This document shows positions 59,735 to 64,000 of a DNA stretch of 64,000 nt, in pieces (within the stretch, counting starts at the first letter, position 1; each line of letters begins with the position of its first letter). Origin of the DNA: a virus (lineage: Duplodnaviria > Heunggongvirae > Uroviricota > Caudoviricetes); IMG/VR virus record IMGVR_UViG_3300013121_000008, positions 64,001-128,000 of that record. One strand, written 5' to 3'. The notes below the pieces were generated by a model. It was not told where the DNA came from, did no database searches, and worked only from the letters and a program-made list of their open reading frames with translations. Made by a program: the position numbers and the translations under genes.

Positions 59735-59918
59735 TTTCTTTTTCCTCAGTTAAAATTTCATGAACTAATGCGCCACAAGCCAAACATCTATAAATAAATT
59801 CTCTTTCTGGTAGATTCAAATTTATAGTATATATATGTTTTAAAACTTCTCTTGGGTGTTCACAAGGCTCAAATGTAGCATCTATGTCAAGACCTATTTC
59901 TGTTAACTTATTATCCAT
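59721..59918 (-). CDS. Small zinc-ribbon-like protein
   Basis: CEHP...YRCLACG. Confidence 0.4.
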   Translation of the reverse strand: MDNKLTEIGLDIDATFEPCEHPREVLKHIYTINLNLPEREFIYRCLACGALVHEILTEEKENVVN

Positions 59919-62431
59919 TATTCATCCCATTCTGTCTCGACTTCATAGCCGAGATTTTCTTCTAATTCTTCCATTTCTTTTCTATTCGCTTCTGGAATTT
60001 GATGACTATTATGTTGTTCCCATTCATTTGCTAATTGACTTGTATCTTTTGGATATAACATAACAGCAGAGTTATCTATATCGTTTACAAGTCTACCTTT
60101 AAATGAGTTGATTTTATTCTTACTAAAAACCCATAATAGTCTTGGTTCTTTCTTACCGTTCTTTAACCAGAATAATTCTGCATTGTCCTCTCCTCTATCT
60201 GCTAAATCATTATAAACATGGAATATAATATTTGGTTTATAAGTCATAGCTCTTGAGTCAGCGATATCATCGTTTTGAGGTAATATCATGGTCTTAGAAG
60301 ATTGTGGTGGAGCCTTTCTATATTCCGTAGTAGCCATTACACAAATTGAGTATTTTGCTGTTAGTCTCTTTTGAGAAGACGCAATCTCTTTCATTCTTTT
60401 ATTTTGGTCCATTTCTGGAAAGTCTTCTAAGTCATGTGTGTTATCTTGAATACACATAAATTTTCTATCTGGATATCTGTTTCTATAATATCTAATAGAA
60501 CGTTCAAATGTTGATAAATTGGGACCATCTAATGAATCGATAATGATTAATTTTTCATCACTAAGTAAATCCATAAATAATTCATCTGCTTTCTTTAAAG
60601 CTCTCAAAACATCTTCATTGTGCTTATAAGCCCAAGGATTTGCTACCATATCCAAAATAAGATGAATATCATCTTTATAGTACATATTAAATAAATTGGT
60701 TTTTAATCTTGGTTCTACTTGACCATAGCTATCATCTATTGTTTGAATTAATACAGAAGCATTTTTATCATGTAAAGCTATATCTGAACCAAGAGCTAAA
60801 CAAGAAAGAGTCTTACCGGAATTTGCTCTGCCGCCTACATATATATGACAATCTCTTGTTAATGGCATACCGCCAGATAAAGCTGACATAAAATTAGTAA
60901 AATGCTTAAATTCAAACATCGCCGCATTTTGATTTTCTGTACTTAAATTTCTTAAGGTTTGTAAATCTTTATATCTTTGTAATTGATAATTAACACCAAG
61001 AACAGAACGATTATATCTTTTCTCTATTTTCTCTATATTATGTTCAAAGTTAGAAATAATAGACATAGCATTTTCTGGGTCAGAGTTTAATGCATAAAGC
61101 ATTTCTTCCCCGGCTGCAACAATAGATTCTCTTTTCTTTTTTGAATCTATGTTTCTAAATGATTCTACATCTGTTTCAATTGCTGCTTGATGAACCTTAG
61201 TAAATTCACTTAACTGCCTTACTAGTAAACTTCTTTTAATAGCAGATACTTCTGTACTGATATAAGGAATTAATTTTTCACAAAGTTCTTGTGGCTCTAA
61301 ACTATTTGAAAGCTTTTTGAGTTTAAACTCAAAGATGGAAGTCTCTTTTAATTTTAAAAAGTCTTCTAATTTATTGTTGTGGAAATATTCATCTATATCT
61401 TTTTCTTTAAATTCTTCTAATATTGATACAGAGAATTCTTTTATATTAGGCATTACGTTATCAATGAATCTCTCGATACCGTTTCTACCCGCATCATCAT
61501 TATCAAATGCTAATATAATTTTATAGAATCCAGCTTTTTTAAGTTCAAAGATTTGTCTTTCACTAAGGTTGGTCCCCAGTGTTGCTGCACAATTCATTAA
61601 TCCATTTGTAATTGCTGCATATAAATCTCCAGCACCTTCAAATAAATATAAAGATTTTTCTTTATGAGAATTTAAATGACCGACAGTCAATAGTGTTTTG
61701 CTCTTATCAAAAACGTCACTATTTAAAGAGTGTATGTATTTGTCGTCATGTTGCGCAGGGTCAAAATCTAAACGCCTTGCATTAAAACCTATAACTCTTC
61801 CATATAAATCTTTAATCGGCATAGTGAATTTATCTTCACCAAACAAAGAAATTTTAATTAAAGAATCATTAGTATCTCTTCTAAACCAATATAATAAATA
61901 AGAATTCTCTATATAGTTTTTATCCCATCCTAAACCATACAGTTTCTCTAATAAAAATTCTAAAGATACTATAGCACCTGGAAGGTCAGTGCTCCAACCT
62001 CTTTCTTTTTTATAATCATTTCCTGTTTCTAAAGTCTCTAATATATTCGAGACATCAGTTAAAAGCTTCATTCTTTGATATCTGATTTTATCGGCCTCTG
62101 TAAGTTCTCCTATTCTAATGTCTAAACCTAACTCTCTACCTATTTCTGGAATAGTTATTTTAATCCATTCACTTCCATTAGTGGGATAATTATCAAATAG
62201 ATTTGCAAAATTAAAAATATCAGCGGTAATACCACAAGAAAAACAATGTGCAGTAGTGTAGTTTGTTCTTGGATTTAGAATCATATTTGGTTTCTTTTTG
62301 TCGTTATGAAAAGGACATAGGAAATGTTTTTTAGGATTGTCTAAATCAATTTTTATTTGTAGATAATCTGTTAATTTATTTTTTAACGTATCTATTGCTT
62401 CTTCTAAATTAGAAATGATTTCTTTTTCCAT
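59918..62431 (-). CDS. Fused DNA primase (CHC2 Zn finger + TOPRIM) / DnaB-like helicase
   Basis: CPFHND...HCFSCG, FEGAGD, AFDNDDAG, Walker A GGRANSGKT and H4-like DIADSRAM. Confidence 0.88.
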   Translation of the reverse strand: MEKEIISNLEEAIDTLKNKLTDYLQIKIDLDNPKKHFLCPFHNDKKKPNMILNPRTNYTTAHCFSCGITADIFNFANLFDNYPTNGSEWIKITIPEIGRELGLDIRIGELTEADKIRYQRMKLLTDVSNILETLETGNDYKKERGWSTDLPGAIVSLEFLLEKLYGLGWDKNYIENSYLLYWFRRDTNDSLIKISLFGEDKFTMPIKDLYGRVIGFNARRLDFDPAQHDDKYIHSLNSDVFDKSKTLLTVGHLNSHKEKSLYLFEGAGDLYAAITNGLMNCAATLGTNLSERQIFELKKAGFYKIILAFDNDDAGRNGIERFIDNVMPNIKEFSVSILEEFKEKDIDEYFHNNKLEDFLKLKETSIFEFKLKKLSNSLEPQELCEKLIPYISTEVSAIKRSLLVRQLSEFTKVHQAAIETDVESFRNIDSKKKRESIVAAGEEMLYALNSDPENAMSIISNFEHNIEKIEKRYNRSVLGVNYQLQRYKDLQTLRNLSTENQNAAMFEFKHFTNFMSALSGGMPLTRDCHIYVGGRANSGKTLSCLALGSDIALHDKNASVLIQTIDDSYGQVEPRLKTNLFNMYYKDDIHLILDMVANPWAYKHNEDVLRALKKADELFMDLLSDEKLIIIDSLDGPNLSTFERSIRYYRNRYPDRKFMCIQDNTHDLEDFPEMDQNKRMKEIASSQKRLTAKYSICVMATTEYRKAPPQSSKTMILPQNDDIADSRAMTYKPNIIFHVYNDLADRGEDNAELFWLKNGKKEPRLLWVFSKNKINSFKGRLVNDIDNSAVMLYPKDTSQLANEWEQHNSHQIPEANRKEMEELEENLGYEVETEWDE

Positions 62432-62433
62432 TC

Positions 62434-63294
62434 TTAAATTTTTCTCTTTGTTTTACAGGTTGCTATTGATTCGTGAACTGATTCTTGACATGTTTCGAAA
62501 GCAAATTCAGAACCTTCTTTAATATGATTTAAAATTTCTTCATTCTTTTCTTGGTCATAATTATAATCAAAAAAGTCAATATCCTTATTCATTAACCAAC
62601 ATCCTAAACTTGATGTAAACATATCTCCAGCGCCACAAGTTGATTCAGCCATTAATATATTTGACTTGGGATTATTCTGAACTGTTTTCTTTACTGTTCC
62701 GTTTTGTTTATAATAAATCTCTACTGGGTTCACTGCATTTGTTTTTATTTCGAAATCAATTAATAAACTATTTGTTTCTTTATCTGTACCTACGGTTGTT
62801 CTTTTAATTAAAATATCTGAATGTTGTTTTAGGAAAAGTAAATCTGTATTACCATATCTTGAATCTAAAATTATAAAATCATAATGTGGAAATTCATTTT
62901 TATAATTTTTTATAACATAATCTACAAACCCTTTATTATAATCTGAAACTATTAAACCTAAATAATTTGTTTTATTTAAACTATTAAATATTTTATTATT
63001 GAATATTTTATTACTAACTTTTAATGGATAACTTTCGTCATTATAGTCAGTAATCTCTTTTCCTAATTCGCTTTCTTCTATTAAATATTTTTTATGAGGA
63101 ACAAGATTTTCATGTTCAAATGGATCCATGAAATAACTTTCAACCTCTATTCCTGTAGCCGAAAGTAATTGTTTGGAATTTTCCCAAACGTTTGCCGCTC
63201 CACCATATAGTTTAAAATTATCTTCAAATAAAATCCAATTGTCTATTAGAGGGTCGCCCAATATATGAAGATTCTTAGTTAACTTTTTTTCCAT
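62434..63294 (-). CDS. PfkB-family kinase, HldE/RfaE heptose-7-phosphate kinase-like
   Basis: ILGDPLID, GGAANV, VSDYNKG and TCGAGD match the HldE kinase domain consensus. Confidence 0.75.
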   Translation of the reverse strand: MEKKLTKNLHILGDPLIDNWILFEDNFKLYGGAANVWENSKQLLSATGIEVESYFMDPFEHENLVPHKKYLIEESELGKEITDYNDESYPLKVSNKIFNNKIFNSLNKTNYLGLIVSDYNKGFVDYVIKNYKNEFPHYDFIILDSRYGNTDLLFLKQHSDILIKRTTVGTDKETNSLLIDFEIKTNAVNPVEIYYKQNGTVKKTVQNNPKSNILMAESTCGAGDMFTSSLGCWLMNKDIDFFDYNYDQEKNEEILNHIKEGSEFAFETCQESVHESIATCKTKRKI

Positions 63295-63295
63295 T

Positions 63296-64000
63296 TTACT
63301 CCATGGGTTTGTTTTCGTAGTAAGTAGAATTACTAACTTTATTTAATTTACAATTTATAGGATTTAAATGAATGAAGTCAGAACCTCCAATATATGAAAC
63401 TGTTGACTTTAAACCATTTAAAAAGTAATTTGCTTTTTCTAATAATGGTTCACCAACTTTAATTTTTTTAGATACTCCTTCAGCAACACCATTTCTTATA
63501 TAGCCTATATGTTCTTTTTGAAAGTCTGCCGAAGCCTGACCTCTATGAAGCTTATTACCCTCTTCGTCTAATTTAGCTGGTGAGTCTATACAGTTAGCAA
63601 AGGCAGTGCCTACCATACACCCTGTAGCTCCAGCAATTAGGTACTTACCAATATCACCAGGATAAATAATTCCACCGTCTGCAATTATATTTACCTTTCT
63701 TTTAAAAATAAAATTACTATTATGTGTTTTTGATTCTAATTCTTTAGAATAAACTTTATTAAATATTTCAAATATTGCATATAGATTAGGAACACCAACA
63801 CCAGTTATCAATCTTGTAGAACACATTTTACCTGGGCCTATTCCTACTCTCAAATGCGTAACTCCATATTTAATTAAATCCAGTGCCGCTTCTGATGTCG
63901 CAATTGAACCAGCCATTATATTAATTTCACGTTCTCTAGAATCTGCAATTGTTTTTAATTTTTTAATAAGTTTTAAAGAAGTATCTGTCCATCCATGAGC
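63296..64000 (-). CDS. IMP dehydrogenase / GMP reductase family (5'-truncated by the window edge)
   Basis: The frame is open to the window end (AHGWT...). Motifs RVGIGPGKMCSTR, GVGVP, IIADGGI and EGVS. Confidence 0.88.
   Translation of the reverse strand, partial: AHGWTDTSLKLIKKLKTIADSREREINIMAGSIATSEAALDLIKYGVTHLRVGIGPGKMCSTRLITGVGVPNLYAIFEIFNKVYSKELESKTHNSNFIFKRKVNIIADGGIIYPGDIGKYLIAGATGCMVGTAFANCIDSPAKLDEEGNKLHRGQASADFQKEHIGYIRNGVAEGVSKKIKVGEPLLEKANYFLNGLKSTVSYIGGSDFIHLNPINCKLNKVSNSTYYENKPME

Noticed and set aside
1391-61901. Short antisense and alternative-frame ORFs in the track (e.g. 1391-1597, 5192-5475, 13986-14246, 19380-19709, 47118-47432, 50249-50602, 58292-58624)
   Set aside because: They lie wholly within longer ORFs with recognisable motifs, have low-complexity shadow composition and show no family motifs.
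1-64000. Stop-codon reassignment (TAG/TGA recoding) as in some large phages
   Set aside because: Standard-code ORFs tile the window almost without gaps, and TAG terminates genes at 37634 and 41476.
1-64000. tRNAs, CRISPR arrays, DGR template/variable repeats, inteins or IS elements
   Set aside because: There is almost no intergenic space, and no repeat-spacer array, reverse transcriptase, transposase or intein motif was recognised by eye. tRNAscan-SE and a self dot-plot would be needed to exclude them formally.

Overview
The window is a gene-dense, AT-rich fragment of a large tailed phage genome read in the standard code. A gp25-like gene and a baseplate-J gene point to a contractile tail. 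There are two convergent arms. The + arm (1-51272) is almost gap-free. It carries tail tube/chaperone-like genes, three giant virion proteins (1281, 1640 and 2295 aa), baseplate and fibre genes, a 13-gene glycan cluster (5 glycosyltransferases, a methyltransferase, an N-formyltransferase, a WecE-type aminotransferase, RmlABDC, Gmd) and a collagen-like fibre. The - arm (51269-64000) carries lysis-like, proteolysis, nucleotide-metabolism and replication genes (ClpP, ThyX, AAA ATPase, primase-helicase, HldE-like kinase, IMPDH/GMP reductase). There are two main candidate systems. (1) The 1640-aa protein inside the tail module has the motifs of a single-polypeptide two-barrel RNA polymerase (K632/K639-G, R1120-H-P, D1233-x-D-G-D1237). 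It is flanked by giant proteins with membrane-like segments, which suggests an injected virion RNAP plus a delivery conduit. (2) A self-contained virion/fibre glycosylation system is translationally coupled to a tail fibre gene. All calls come from reading motifs by eye; no searches were run. No tRNA, rRNA, CRISPR array or IS element was recognised.
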